62,169 nt of DNA from a candidate division WOR-3 bacterium (GCA_965649225.1 CBFGJX010000016.1:1-62169); one strand, 5' to 3'. Positions 50,920 to 61,224 are shown, counted from the first letter of the stretch. Notes: a model not told the origin generated them from the sequence alone. Made by a program: numbers and translations.

Positions 50920-51683
50920 GATTCTGCCGATTGAACGGAGTCCTGTTGCTGTTTGTGGTCGGCGCGCTGGCGGGCGCCGGGCCGGTCGAGATTTTCGCGC
51001 GGGGCAATGCCGCCTATGAGGCACAGGACTTTGCCGGCGCGGTCGCGTGCTACGACAGCGTGCTTGCACACCAGCAGTCGGCCGCCGCACTGTTCAACCG
51101 CGGGAATGCCCGTTTCAAACTTGGTCAGCTCGGCCGGGCAGTCGCCGACTACAACCGTGCCTTCGCACTGGCGCCAACCGACCCGGCAGTCCGCTACAAT
51201 CTGGATTTTGCCCGGCGCTTCCGTGCGGACAAGGTTACGGTAGAGGAGAATCCGATTACCCGGGGGCTGGCCGCTGTCCTGCGGCTGCTGCCGGCGGCGA
51301 CGACCCGGCTGCTGGCCAGCGTTGCGTTCCTGCTGGCCGCGCTGGCCCTGGCCGCAATGTTCGTTACCGGCCGGCGGCTTTTGGGCTGGGTCAGCATTGG
51401 ACTGGCGGTGGCGTTCGGTTATCTACTGGCTGGGACATTTTCCTGGGGAGCATTCACGAGCCCGGCACGGGCGGTGGTTGTTGCGCCGGAGGTAACTTTG
51501 CGTTCCGGCCCGGGCGATGAGTACAAGGACTTGGCCCTGGTTCACGACGGCCTTGAAGTCGTGGTGCGCGAGTACCGGCCCGGCTGGGTGCTGGTTCAGA
51601 TGCCGGGCGGCGACGGTGGCTGGGCCCCGGATTCGGCAGTAGAAAGAATCTTCGGCCCTCAGCCCGGACCGGCCGGGGATTGA
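50916..51683 (+). CDS. batE: BatE TPR + SH3b protein
   Basis: N-terminal TPRs, two TM helices, LRSGPG...GW SH3-like tail. Confidence 0.85.
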   Translation: MRFCRLNGVLLLFVVGALAGAGPVEIFARGNAAYEAQDFAGAVACYDSVLAHQQSAAALFNRGNARFKLGQLGRAVADYNRAFALAPTDPAVRYNLDFARRFRADKVTVEENPITRGLAAVLRLLPAATTRLLASVAFLLAALALAAMFVTGRRLLGWVSIGLAVAFGYLLAGTFSWGAFTSPARAVVVAPEVTLRSGPGDEYKDLALVHDGLEVVVREYRPGWVLVQMPGGDGGWAPDSAVERIFGPQPGPAGD

Positions 51684-51725
51684 CGGCAGCGTCCGCCGGG
51701 GCAGACTGTTCCTGAGGAAAAAACC

Positions 51726-52103
51726 ATGAAATTACTGATTCGCTGGCTGGTTGCGGCACTGGCGCTTTTTCTTGCCGCGTGGATTGTACCGGGCATCGAG
51801 GTCCAGCCCAATGCCTGGTGGGTGTTTGCCGCGATGGCGGTGGTGCTGGGGCTGGTCAACGCCGTGATCCGTCCGGTGTTGAAGTTCTTATCCTGCGGTC
51901 TAATTATTCTGACCCTGGGGTTGTTTTCACTGGTCATCAACGCGCTGACCCTGTGGCTCGCTTCCAGCATCGCGGTCAAATGGTTTCATGTCGGGTTCTA
52001 CGTCCACGGGTTCTGGGCGGCGTTCTGGGGTGCGCTCATCGTTTCCATTGCGACCGTGATTCTGTCGGCACTGTTTCGCGACCAGCCGACTGGCGAGGGG
52101 TGA
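51726..52103 (+). CDS. YvlD/phage holin 4-like membrane protein
   Basis: LGLVNAVIRPVL, LTLGLFSLVINA. Confidence 0.88.
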   Translation: MKLLIRWLVAALALFLAAWIVPGIEVQPNAWWVFAAMAVVLGLVNAVIRPVLKFLSCGLIILTLGLFSLVINALTLWLASSIAVKWFHVGFYVHGFWAAFWGALIVSIATVILSALFRDQPTGEG

Positions 52104-52113
52104 GACGCGGCAG

Positions 52114-53055
52114 ATGAAAGGTGCAGAGCCGCGGATTTGTGTGGTCGGGTCGCTGGTGATGGATCTGGTGTTTCGGGTGCAGCGCCGGCCCGGGCCGGGC
52201 GAGACTGCAATCGGTGATGGCTTCGGGATGTATCCCGGTGGCAAGGGATTCAATCAGGCTGTGGCCTGTCGTCGGCTCGGGGCTGCGGTCACCTTTGTTG
52301 GCCGGTGCGGGGCGGACGATTTCGGTCACCGGTTTCTGGCTGCCCTCGAACAGGAGGGTATTGCCGCCGCGGTGACGCTTGACGAGCAGGAAGGCACCGC
52401 GGTCGCCTGCCCGACCGTTGATTCCTCGGGCGAGAACTCGATCGTGGTGGTGCCGCGCGCCAACCAGCGGCTGACACCACAGGAAGTCGAGTGGCAGCGT
52501 TCGGCAATCGAGTCGGCCGATGTGCTGATGCTGCAGCTTGAGGTCAATGCGGCGGCGTCGCGCCAGGCGGCCGAGATTGCCCGCGCGGCCGGGACATTGG
52601 TTATTCTGGACCCGGCACCGGCCCCGCACACGCATGGCGGGGAAGCAGTTGCCGAAGCAGCCGGAATTGTTGCGGACCTGCTGGTGCCCAACGAGCACGA
52701 AGCAGCGATGCTTGCGCACAGCGACCGGCCCGAGGACTGGGTTGCCCGGCTGTTGCGGCCGGGCATGCGGGCGCTGGTAGTGACGCGGGGCGAACGCGGT
52801 GCGCTGGTGTTTGACGGGAAGGGACAGCGGGAGTTTCCGGCGTTTTCGGTTGCGGCAGTTGATACCACCGGCGCCGGCGACGCTTTTCGCGCCGGCCTGG
52901 CAGTGCGGCTGGCCGAAGGTGCCACAATTGACGAAGCGGTGCGGTTTGCCAATGCCGGCGGCGCACTGGCCTGCCTGGTGGCAGGCAGCGGGCCGGCGAT
53001 GCCACAACGCGCCGCGGTTGAGGCAATGCTGGCCCGGAACCAGAAAGCGGGGTGA
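52114..53055 (+). CDS. rbsK: Ribokinase (PfkB family)
   Basis: GGKGFNQAVA, GENSIVV, PNEHEA, DTTGAGDAF. Confidence 0.88.
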   Translation: MKGAEPRICVVGSLVMDLVFRVQRRPGPGETAIGDGFGMYPGGKGFNQAVACRRLGAAVTFVGRCGADDFGHRFLAALEQEGIAAAVTLDEQEGTAVACPTVDSSGENSIVVVPRANQRLTPQEVEWQRSAIESADVLMLQLEVNAAASRQAAEIARAAGTLVILDPAPAPHTHGGEAVAEAAGIVADLLVPNEHEAAMLAHSDRPEDWVARLLRPGMRALVVTRGERGALVFDGKGQREFPAFSVAAVDTTGAGDAFRAGLAVRLAEGATIDEAVRFANAGGALACLVAGSGPAMPQRAAVEAMLARNQKAG

Positions 53056-53059
53056 GCGG

Positions 53060-53692
53060 ATGGCACTGTTTATTGACAGCGCCGAACTGAGCGAAGTCCA
53101 ACAGGCGGTCGCGCTCGGATTTGTCCGGGGCTGTACCACCAACCCGATCCTGATGGCGCAGGCCGGTTCGGCCGCGGCGGCGATTATTGCCGAGCTGTGT
53201 CGGATTGTGCCCGGGCCGGTTTTTTACCAGGTTACGGCGGCGACTGTGGCCGAACGCGAAGCCGAAGGGCGCTCAATCAGCCGGCTGGCGCCGGACAAGG
53301 TAGTGCTCAAGATTCCGGCGACAACCGAGAACCTGACGCTGCTGGCCCGGCTCGCGCCTGACATTCCCTGTGCGCTGACAGCGGTTTACTCGCCGGCGCA
53401 GGCCTGGCTGGCGGCTGAGGCCGGAGCTCGCTACGTGATACCCTACGTCAACCGGGCCACCCGGCTGCTGGGCGACGGGCTGAAACTGGTTGCAGAACTG
53501 GTCGCGGCCGTGCGCGCCGCGGGCCGGCGGGTGGAAATCATCGCCGCCAGCATCAAAACCAGCGAGGAAGCCGCCGGAGCAATCTTGGCCGGGGCCGACC
53601 ACCTGACACTGCCGCTGGGAGTTATCCGGGGACTGGGCGAGCACCCGTTATCGCAACAAGCAATCGCCGAGTTTGATCGGGTTCGGGGTTAG
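53060..53692 (+). CDS. Transaldolase-family protein, fructose-6-phosphate aldolase type
   Basis: FIDSA, TTNP, FYQV, LKIP (Schiff-base Lys), PYVNR, IAASIK. Confidence 0.85.
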   Translation: MALFIDSAELSEVQQAVALGFVRGCTTNPILMAQAGSAAAAIIAELCRIVPGPVFYQVTAATVAEREAEGRSISRLAPDKVVLKIPATTENLTLLARLAPDIPCALTAVYSPAQAWLAAEAGARYVIPYVNRATRLLGDGLKLVAELVAAVRAAGRRVEIIAASIKTSEEAAGAILAGADHLTLPLGVIRGLGEHPLSQQAIAEFDRVRG

Positions 53693-54558
53693 TCGCGGGC
53701 GCGCGAGTCGTCGGGCAGCCGGGCAAGCGGCGCGGCCAGCTCGGGGTTTTCGGTGCCGGCCAGCTCTGCCGACACCGCCACCACGCTGGCGTCGGGTTCG
53801 CTGCCGGTCGGGTCAGCGTTGTCGGCTGCCGACCAGCGGCCGGCGGCCCGGGCCGGGCTCATTGCCGCGAGCAGCGGGTGACGGTAGGGCGATCGCGAGC
53901 GGTGGTGCCGTACCGCCGCCAGCACAATCAGCCAGGTCAGCGCCGCAAACACCAGCAGCAGCAGCACCAGCACCGGGGTACTTTCAACGGTAAAGACGAT
54001 GAAGTCGTAGAGACCATGCGCCATCACCGCCAGTCCCAGACCCAAACCGGTGAGCAGGTCGCTGTGGTGTTCGGTGGCGGCAAACCGCGCCAGGCCGAGA
54101 AAGAACCCCATCAGGACGCCGTTGAACGCATGGCCGGGCACGGCCACCAGCGCCCGGGCGACGCCGGTGCCGATGCCGTGGGCGAGCACGTAGTAGATAT
54201 TTTCGACGGTGGCAAAACCGAGCGCCGCGACAACCGCATAAAGAATCCCGTCGTAGGGCTCATCAAACTCGCGGCGCTGCCAGCAGTAGAATCGGACGAC
54301 TGTGAACTTGGCCGCCTCTTCAACCAGCCCGACAATCAAGAGCGAACCGAGCAGGGCCTGCAGAACATTGGGAGTATCGGGCCGCCAGCCGGTAAAACGT
54401 TCCAGTGCGGTTGACACAAGCGCTGCCGGCACCAGCGCAGCTGCGCCGAGGGCAAAAGTGACCGCAATCACCGAACCGGGCTGCTTGGGGGCCCGACGAC
54501 AGAAAAACAGAAGCAGCGCCAGACCCGGGGCGACCGCCAGCACCACCAGACCGAGCAT
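53689..54558 (-). CDS. prsW: PrsW family intramembrane metalloprotease
   Basis: VEEAAK, GFATVEN, VPGH, HGLYD. Confidence 0.92.
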   Translation of the reverse strand: MLGLVVLAVAPGLALLLFFCRRAPKQPGSVIAVTFALGAAALVPAALVSTALERFTGWRPDTPNVLQALLGSLLIVGLVEEAAKFTVVRFYCWQRREFDEPYDGILYAVVAALGFATVENIYYVLAHGIGTGVARALVAVPGHAFNGVLMGFFLGLARFAATEHHSDLLTGLGLGLAVMAHGLYDFIVFTVESTPVLVLLLLVFAALTWLIVLAAVRHHRSRSPYRHPLLAAMSPARAAGRWSAADNADPTGSEPDASVVAVSAELAGTENPELAAPLARLPDDSRARD

Positions 54559-54605
54559 CGCGAGATTTAACGCCGCGCCCCGCCGTCGTCAAGCGCGACG
54601 CCGGC

Positions 54606-55232
54606 CTAAACGATTGGTTCCAGCAGATACTCCGGCCGCAGTGCCGGCGGCCGGTGGCGGAGAAACGTGATGGTAAAAGACACCGGACCCGAACGTTCCA
54701 GCTCCAGCCGCAGGCGGGCGTCACGGATTTGCCAGTTACCCTCGTCAATGATAAACGGCCGGGAGCGGGGCGGCGGTGCTTCGGCGGCCGGATGCAGCTG
54801 GCCCGGGCGGGAAAAGCCGGCATAAAGCCGCACCCGGGGCAGAAACCCGGCATCACTGGCAATTACCGGCCAGCGGTTTTCCAGCACCAGCGGAATATTG
54901 ACAAAACCCAGTTGCAGACAACGTTCATCAATGCCGAGCAGAAAATGACCCAGCGCCGGCCGGCGCGGCGAGCCAACCTGAACCGTTACTGCGCCGTGAC
55001 CACGGCTGAGGCGGTCGAGGCGAAAATCATCGTGACCGGAAGTGGCGCCAAAGAAATCCGGCAGCAGCGCGACAATCTCGTCGAGAGCGAGATGGCGGGT
55101 AATTGCCCGGACCAGGGCCGGCCGCTGTCGGGGCGGGCGCTCCAGGCCGGACGCCGCGGCCAGACGCAACAGTTCAGCAACGGTGAAGTTTTCCAGCAGA
55201 CTGTGGGCCGGCTCCAGTCTCACCGCGGGCAT
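54606..55232 (-). CDS. Hypothetical protein
   Basis: 208-aa ORF with TTGACC-16-TATACT ending 6 nt before the ATG. Confidence 0.65.
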   Translation of the reverse strand: MPAVRLEPAHSLLENFTVAELLRLAAASGLERPPRQRPALVRAITRHLALDEIVALLPDFFGATSGHDDFRLDRLSRGHGAVTVQVGSPRRPALGHFLLGIDERCLQLGFVNIPLVLENRWPVIASDAGFLPRVRLYAGFSRPGQLHPAAEAPPPRSRPFIIDEGNWQIRDARLRLELERSGPVSFTITFLRHRPPALRPEYLLEPIV

Positions 55233-55318
55233 CGTGTCAGTATAGAACCGGGTCGGGGCAGGTCAAGCCGGTGGGTATCAGCAGTTGACAGACTGGTCAA
55301 TAGTGCTAACTTTCGCTG

Positions 55319-56440
55319 ATGGCAGCGGTCACGGTCCGGGTGGTGCAAACCCAGCGCGACTGGGAAGAGTTCATTGAACTTCCCTTCCGGCTTTATCGGG
55401 GCAACCCCTGCTGGGTGCCGCCACTGCGCAGTGAAGTGCGCAAACTCCTCGATCCGCAGAAAAATCCGTTCTGGGAGCACGCCCGCGGGACAGTGTTTCT
55501 GGCTGAGCGCGACGGGCGCACGGTCGGTCGAATCAGCGCCCAGATCGACGACAACTACAACAATCTCTGGAACGAGCGGCTCGGCTCATTCGGCTTCTTT
55601 GAGTGCGAAAACGACCAGGCGGTTGCCGATGCGCTCTTTGACGCCGCGGCGGCCTGGGTGCGAGAGCAGGGTATGACGGTGCTGCGCGGGCCGATGAGCC
55701 CGTCGTCGAACGACGAATGGGGCTTTCTCCTCGATGCCTACGACAAGCCGCCGGTGCTGATGATGCCCTACAACCCGCCCTATTACCTCGAACTCGCCGA
55801 GCGCTGGGGGCTGAAAAAAGCCAAAGACCTGCTGGCGTTTTACAAACACATCTCCATGCCGATGCCGCCGCGGATGCGCGAACTTGCCGAAAAACTCCGG
55901 GCCAACCCCCGCATCACTACCCGCTGCATCAACATGAAAAACCTGCCTGCCGAGATGGCGATCATCAAGGACCTTTATAACGCCTCGTGGCAGAAAAACT
56001 GGGGTTTCTCGCCGATGACCAGCAAGGAAATGGATCTGCTGGCCGAAAACCTCAAAACCTTCGCCGACCCCGGGCTGGTGCGTTTCGCCTTCTATGACGG
56101 CAAGCCGGCCGGACTCTCCATCACCCTGCCCAACATCAACGAGGTGCTGATCCATCTCAATGGCCGGCTCGGGCCGGTCGAGATGGTCAAGTTCCTGTTC
56201 CTCAAGCGGCGGATAAAGGGCGTGCGGGCGATTGTCTTTGGCTTCAAACAGGAATACCGGCGGCTCGGCCTGCCGATCCTGCTGTTTTACGAAACCGAGG
56301 AATACGGCCGCCAGCGAGGTTACGAGTGGTGTGAAATGTCGTGGAACCTCGAAGACAACCGGTTGATCAACGACTTCGACCGCGAAGCCGGCGGCGTCGA
56401 ATACAAGCACTACCGGGTCATGGAGCGACCGCTGCAGTAG
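55319..56440 (+). CDS. GNAT-fold N-acetyltransferase (YghO-like)
   Basis: WVPPL, VGRI, GFFEC, PYNPPYY, EMSWNLEDN. Confidence 0.85.
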   Translation: MAAVTVRVVQTQRDWEEFIELPFRLYRGNPCWVPPLRSEVRKLLDPQKNPFWEHARGTVFLAERDGRTVGRISAQIDDNYNNLWNERLGSFGFFECENDQAVADALFDAAAAWVREQGMTVLRGPMSPSSNDEWGFLLDAYDKPPVLMMPYNPPYYLELAERWGLKKAKDLLAFYKHISMPMPPRMRELAEKLRANPRITTRCINMKNLPAEMAIIKDLYNASWQKNWGFSPMTSKEMDLLAENLKTFADPGLVRFAFYDGKPAGLSITLPNINEVLIHLNGRLGPVEMVKFLFLKRRIKGVRAIVFGFKQEYRRLGLPILLFYETEEYGRQRGYEWCEMSWNLEDNRLINDFDREAGGVEYKHYRVMERPLQ

Positions 56441-56502
56441 GATTCTCTCCTTAACAGCGGCGGCCGGGCAAAACGCCCGGCCGCCAATTGCGTCGTGTCG
56501 GC

Positions 56503-57447
56503 CTACTTCACGGCCGTAAACGGCAGCGCCTGCCCGGCTGCACGTACAACATAACAACCGGCTGCCGGCACAGTGATGGAAGAACTCCGCTCGTCAAAAC
56601 AGCCATTCAGCTGCCGACCGGCGGCATCGAAAACCGCTACCGGGCCGCGGCAGTCGGGCGGCAGCAGCAGCGCAACCTGCCGGCCTGCCCGCACTGGATT
56701 ACCGGCAAGCGCAATCCGGCCGACAGCAGGGGTCGGCTCGGGCCGGGCAATCGCAGTGCCATAGAGCAGGTAATTGGCAATTCCGGCCAGCAGCACGCTG
56801 CGGCGCTCGGTGCTGAGAGCGCCATAAATCACCGCTGAAAGCACAGTCCGCCAGGAACCGCTGCGGTGGTGCACGGCGCGGCCACGGCTGGCCTGGTCGG
56901 TAAGCCAGACCGTTCCGCCAGCCGAGCCCAGCACGTCAACATAACTGTCCGGGCCGGTGCCAAACGGATAACTGAAACTCAGCCCGGTGGCAAAGGTACC
57001 GCTCACGCCATTCAGGGCCGAAACGTTGCCGGTTGCCTGGCCATCGTCAAGATAGCTGGCACCGAAATACGGCCAGAGCTCGTTGGTGTTGTTCGAATAG
57101 CCGAAATCGCCCCCTTCGGCATACACCGCCCGGCCGGAGTTCAGGTAGCTGATAAGAGTTGCGCGTTCCGTCGGACCGACGGTGCAGTTATCCCCTCAAC
57201 AGCGATACCAGCCCATCAGGCAGAACACGGCATCATAAGGCGAAATATCGGTGGGCAGTTGACTGAAAACATCAACCGAATGGCCGAGCGCGGCCAGGTC
57301 GGCCGCAACACTCGTGACACACGACACCGACTCCCCGCGCACCGGGTCAAAAAACCGGTCCAGCGAATCATACTCCCAGACGCAGAACCGGGCCGCACCG
57401 GCCAGGCTTGCGGCAAGCAGGAAGACCAGAACAGTCACACGGGTCAT
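56503..57447 (-). CDS. Secreted protein with an in-frame TGA at codon 84 (candidate selenoprotein) and a T9SS-like C-terminal tail
   Basis: Track ORFs 57196..57477 and 56503..57126 are in the same frame, joined by WYRC*GDNCTVGPTERATLISYLNSGRAVY. AAGGAGG RBS before the ATG at 57447. Confidence 0.75.
57154..57195 (-). promoter_or_regulatory. Candidate bacterial SECIS element
   Basis: UGA-GGGGAUAACUGCA-CCGUC-GGUCC-GACGG; the GGUC loop starts 18 nt after UGA. Confidence 0.65.
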
Positions 57448-57574
57448 GGCAACCTCCTTTCGCGGGCAGCGCTGCACAACTCCATTCTAAACCAACCCGC
57501 CGGGCGGGTCAAACCGAAAGCGGCGTCCGACGGCCACCAGTTGCACAAACGGGTGCCCTCCGCTACAATGAGGT

Positions 57575-58819
57575 ATGGGCTCAGAAGCATTGCCGCGCCG
57601 GCCCGGGCGCGGAACCCAGTCAACCGACGACAATCGGCCCACCGAGAGCGCCGGCAGCCTATTGGCGAAAGGACTCGCCGCCTTCGGCCGGGAAGACGAA
57701 GAAGCGGCGATAGCGTATTTTCTCGATGCGCTGCAGGTAGCGCCGGCCAACCTGCGACTGCACTACCTCACCGCGCTGTGTGCCCAGCTGCTCGGGGACG
57801 AAGACACGGTCGAAAACATCTATGCCAGCGCTGCCTCGCTGAATGAGCATCACCCCTACACGATTGCCTGCGAGGCAGTGCGCTTCATGCAACTGGCCAA
57901 CTATTCCCGGGCCGAAGCGCTCTTTGAACACGCTCTGCGGCAGATGCCGGACGACGTTGACCTGCTGGTCGGGCTCGGAATACTGCACGAATTCGCCGGC
58001 GATGACGAAAAAGGCATCAATGCCTTCCGACGGGCGCTGGAGCTCGACCCGCTCAACATCCGGGCCCGACTGGCACTTGGTGTTGCCTATGCGATGGCCG
58101 GCGACTACGAACAGGCCTACGAGCAGTATGTTCAGGCCAAGACAGCCGATCCTCAGACAGAAAACCCACATCAGCGGCTCGGCCGCGACTACTACTTGGA
58201 AGGCATGACCGAAGAAGCAATCGGCGAGTTTGCGGCGGCGACTACCGAAGAGCCGGATGAACCGGGCGCGTGGTTCTATCTGATGGACTGTTACCGGCGC
58301 CAGGGCCGGCTGGACGAAGCCCTTGACTGCTACAGCGAAATCCGGCGGCGATTCGATGACGACCCGGAGACCACCAGCGGCTACTGGGAATACCTGCAGA
58401 TGCACCGCGAGGCAATCGCCGCACTGGAACTGTTGTGTGAGCGTTATCCCGAAGACGCCGGCATCAGGGTCAGACTGAGCAGCGAGTATCAGGCGGTTGG
58501 GCGGCTGGATGATGCTGCGGCGCTGGCACAGGACGCAGTTGACCGGGCTGGAAATGACCCTGCCGCATTGGAGTTGCTGGCCCGACTTCAGTTTGAACGC
58601 GGCAACTGGCAGGCCGCGGCGTCAGCGGCGCGGCAGGCGCTGGCGGTTGACCCGACCAGTCAGCCGGCGGCAAAAGTGCTGGCCGATGCGCTGGTTTTTC
58701 TTGGCGACGGCGAGGGCGCCCAACGGGCAATTGACGAGATGGAGGCCGCCCGCAATGCGGCCTGGCGACGCTATCAGCGCCGTTTTTCCGGGCAGGACCG
58801 CCCGGAATCAGATTCCTGA
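57575..58819 (+). CDS. Tetratricopeptide repeat protein
   Basis: Multiple TPR units (AFRRALELDP, ALAVDP). Confidence 0.88.
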   Translation: MGSEALPRRPGRGTQSTDDNRPTESAGSLLAKGLAAFGREDEEAAIAYFLDALQVAPANLRLHYLTALCAQLLGDEDTVENIYASAASLNEHHPYTIACEAVRFMQLANYSRAEALFEHALRQMPDDVDLLVGLGILHEFAGDDEKGINAFRRALELDPLNIRARLALGVAYAMAGDYEQAYEQYVQAKTADPQTENPHQRLGRDYYLEGMTEEAIGEFAAATTEEPDEPGAWFYLMDCYRRQGRLDEALDCYSEIRRRFDDDPETTSGYWEYLQMHREAIAALELLCERYPEDAGIRVRLSSEYQAVGRLDDAAALAQDAVDRAGNDPAALELLARLQFERGNWQAAASAARQALAVDPTSQPAAKVLADALVFLGDGEGAQRAIDEMEAARNAAWRRYQRRFSGQDRPESDS

Positions 58820-58951
58820 TTTTTCCCTGTCTGACCGGCTGCCCCAGCCGGCCAGTGTCATGGCTTCAGCCGGTACGGCTGTTGGTCGACGTTTGCATCC
58901 TTTCCCCTCAATTTGAGTCTATAGTCCGGTGTTCGATGAAGGGAGATGCAT

Positions 58952-61171
58952 ATGTACAGGATTTTGAAGTTTCGGCCGGCAACAGTCTTAATGGCGGCGC
59001 TGTTGGCTGTAACACCAGCGTTAGCCGCAACTTATTATGTTTACCCGGCTCACGCCCAATTCTCTTCCGGGCGGGTCATGGAGAGCCGGGGAGTTTATTA
59101 CAAGCACAATGTGGAGGTGATGTACGGTAAGGATGCGCCGGACAGCAAATGGCACGGCTTTATCCGTTTTGATTTGTCCGGGCTCCCGGATAGTCTGAGT
59201 GTGGAGTCGGCAGTACTGGAGTATGAGGCCGTCTCCGTAACCAATCCACCGCCACGCAGTTATGTTACGCACGTGGAGCTGGATCCGTGGACGGCCGATG
59301 GTGCGGCGCTGTGGTCGGCGATTGTGAACGGCACGGTTGTAGCGCCAGATATGGCCCACGGCCGGGGTTGGATTGAACGGCCGCTGAACAGCCTGGGGGT
59401 GGCTGCAGTACAGGCTGGTCTGGCGAGTGATTATGTTGCGCTGGGTATCTATAAATGGGACACCAGTAACACTTGGGGTCATATCAAGGGTTATCCGGCC
59501 GGCAGGCATAAGCCACGGCTGCGGCTGGAGCTGGCGGCGCGCGATATCGGCGTAGTCAGGATTGTCGAGCCGCAGGGTATCTACAGTCGCGGCGATACGG
59601 TCGTGCCGACCGCGGTGGTTGAGAATCACGGCGAGGTGAACGCTCCCTTCCGGGTGAGCTTTATCATCAGTACTGGTTCAGCCGAGCTGTATCGGCATCA
59701 CATTGACGTGCCCGGGCTGGTGCCGGGAATGCAGTTGTCGCTGTTCTTTCCGCAGTGGTTGGCCGACGTTGCCGGGGCGAGCCGGGTTGCCCGGGTAGAA
59801 GTTGATATGGCCGGTGATATCGACAGCGACAACAACATCATGGTGACCTGGTTCGATATCAGGAGTGACAAAAGTGAGCCGCCTGAGCCGCCGAACCCGC
59901 CTGATCCGCCCGACCCCACCCGGCCGCGTTACCGCTGGGGCTGGCAGGAGGTGAATTCAGTGCCGCTGGCGGCTTCGGCCCGGCCGGTGCGGGCTGGTGG
60001 CTGGCTGGCGGTGAACCGGCGCAGCGGGCTGGTATATGCCGGCAAGGGGAACAAGACCGCTGACTTTGCGGTCTACAATCCGCTGACCGGCCGCTGGCGG
60101 GACCTGGCGCCGATTCCGGCTGGCGAGCCGGCAGTGATGCCGGGCAAAGGTGCGCGCGGCACCAGCGATGGTCGGAACTCAATCTTCATGGTGAAGGGCA
60201 ACAGTTCCACCCAGTTCTGGCGCTACGACATTGCCGGCGATTTCTGGGAGCGACTGCCCGATTTGCCGCCCGGGCCTAATTCCGGGCCGGTGCGTTCGGG
60301 GTCCGGTCTGGTCTACGTTGAGCAGTACGGCACGGGCTACGTCTATCTGTTGAAGGGACCCAAGGGCGACCTTGTGCGCTACAACACCGATCTGCGGGAG
60401 TGGGAACTGCTTGCCTCGGCACCAGCCGGTGGCTACAACAAGTGGGACCACGGGTCCTGGCTGGTGTATGATGGTGCCGGCAAACTGTATGCCCACAAGG
60501 CGCGCAAGCACGAGCTGTGGACGTTCGATCTTGAAACCGAGCGCTGGGACGAGCGGCCGCGCACAGGCATGCCGCTTGTCGGAACCCACGCCCGGGCCCT
60601 GAAGGTGCGGCAGGGTTCTTCGGCAACCTGGCGCAATGGCGCGATCTATGCGTTGAAAGGCGGCAAGAGCCAGGAGTTCTGGCGATATACCCCGGCCGAT
60701 GACCGCTGGTTTGAACTGGAAACCATCCCGAAGTATGGCAGCTCGGGACGGGTCGTGCGCATGGGCAGAGGCGGTGACTTTACCACCTATCCGTACGGTG
60801 CGGCGCTGTTTGCCTTGAAGGGTGACAAATCGCTGGAGTTCTGGCGCTACACGTTTGCTCCGGCCGAAGCTCTTGGCGGTGAGCGTTCGGGCGGCGCGGT
60901 TGCCGGTAATGCCTTGCTGCGGCCGGCGCTGGCAGTGAGCCCGAGCGTCGCCCGCGGCGGCAGAGCACTGGTGCGCCTGAGCGGTGTGCGGCCGGGGGAG
61001 CGGGCCCGGGTAGCACTGTATGACCCGGCGGGCCGGCTGGTCAGTGTCAGGCCGGTCGAGCGCGAAGAGGTCGTCGGGCTCGATCTTGACGGGCTTGCTG
61101 CCGGAGTCTATCTGGTAAGGCTTGAGACCGAGTCGGCTGCGGCCGGCGAGAAGTTAGTCATCTCCCGCTGA
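58952..61171 (+). CDS. Secreted DNRLRE-like/CARDB/Kelch-repeat protein with T9SS-like C-terminal domain
   Basis: FIRFDLS...SAVL...PRLRL; Ig-like module; Pro-rich linker; KGNKT/KGNSS/KGGKS Kelch-like blades; LYDPAGRLV...GVYLVRL. Confidence 0.82.
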   Translation: MYRILKFRPATVLMAALLAVTPALAATYYVYPAHAQFSSGRVMESRGVYYKHNVEVMYGKDAPDSKWHGFIRFDLSGLPDSLSVESAVLEYEAVSVTNPPPRSYVTHVELDPWTADGAALWSAIVNGTVVAPDMAHGRGWIERPLNSLGVAAVQAGLASDYVALGIYKWDTSNTWGHIKGYPAGRHKPRLRLELAARDIGVVRIVEPQGIYSRGDTVVPTAVVENHGEVNAPFRVSFIISTGSAELYRHHIDVPGLVPGMQLSLFFPQWLADVAGASRVARVEVDMAGDIDSDNNIMVTWFDIRSDKSEPPEPPNPPDPPDPTRPRYRWGWQEVNSVPLAASARPVRAGGWLAVNRRSGLVYAGKGNKTADFAVYNPLTGRWRDLAPIPAGEPAVMPGKGARGTSDGRNSIFMVKGNSSTQFWRYDIAGDFWERLPDLPPGPNSGPVRSGSGLVYVEQYGTGYVYLLKGPKGDLVRYNTDLREWELLASAPAGGYNKWDHGSWLVYDGAGKLYAHKARKHELWTFDLETERWDERPRTGMPLVGTHARALKVRQGSSATWRNGAIYALKGGKSQEFWRYTPADDRWFELETIPKYGSSGRVVRMGRGGDFTTYPYGAALFALKGDKSLEFWRYTFAPAEALGGERSGGAVAGNALLRPALAVSPSVARGGRALVRLSGVRPGERARVALYDPAGRLVSVRPVEREEVVGLDLDGLAAGVYLVRLETESAAAGEKLVISR

Positions 61172-61191
61172 CGGGTACAGGACAGCAGGCA

Positions 61192-61224
61192 GGGGGCGGC
61201 CTTTGGGGCCGCCTCCCGCTTTCT
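61192..61224 (+). terminator. Intrinsic terminator
   Basis: GGGGGCGGCC-tttgg-GGCCGCCTCC followed by CGCTTTCT. Confidence 0.6.

Noticed and set aside
51726..52103. Holin-family gene as prophage evidence
   Set aside because: YvlD-like proteins are common chromosomal membrane proteins; no phage genes nearby.
57196..57198. Genome-wide TGA reassignment (genetic code 4 or 25)
   Set aside because: Conserved genes such as thrC, apgM, moxR and dnaA end at TGA at their expected lengths.
59875..59920. 9-bp-period repeat encoding EPPEPPNPPDPPDP
   Set aside because: A simple Pro-rich interdomain linker.
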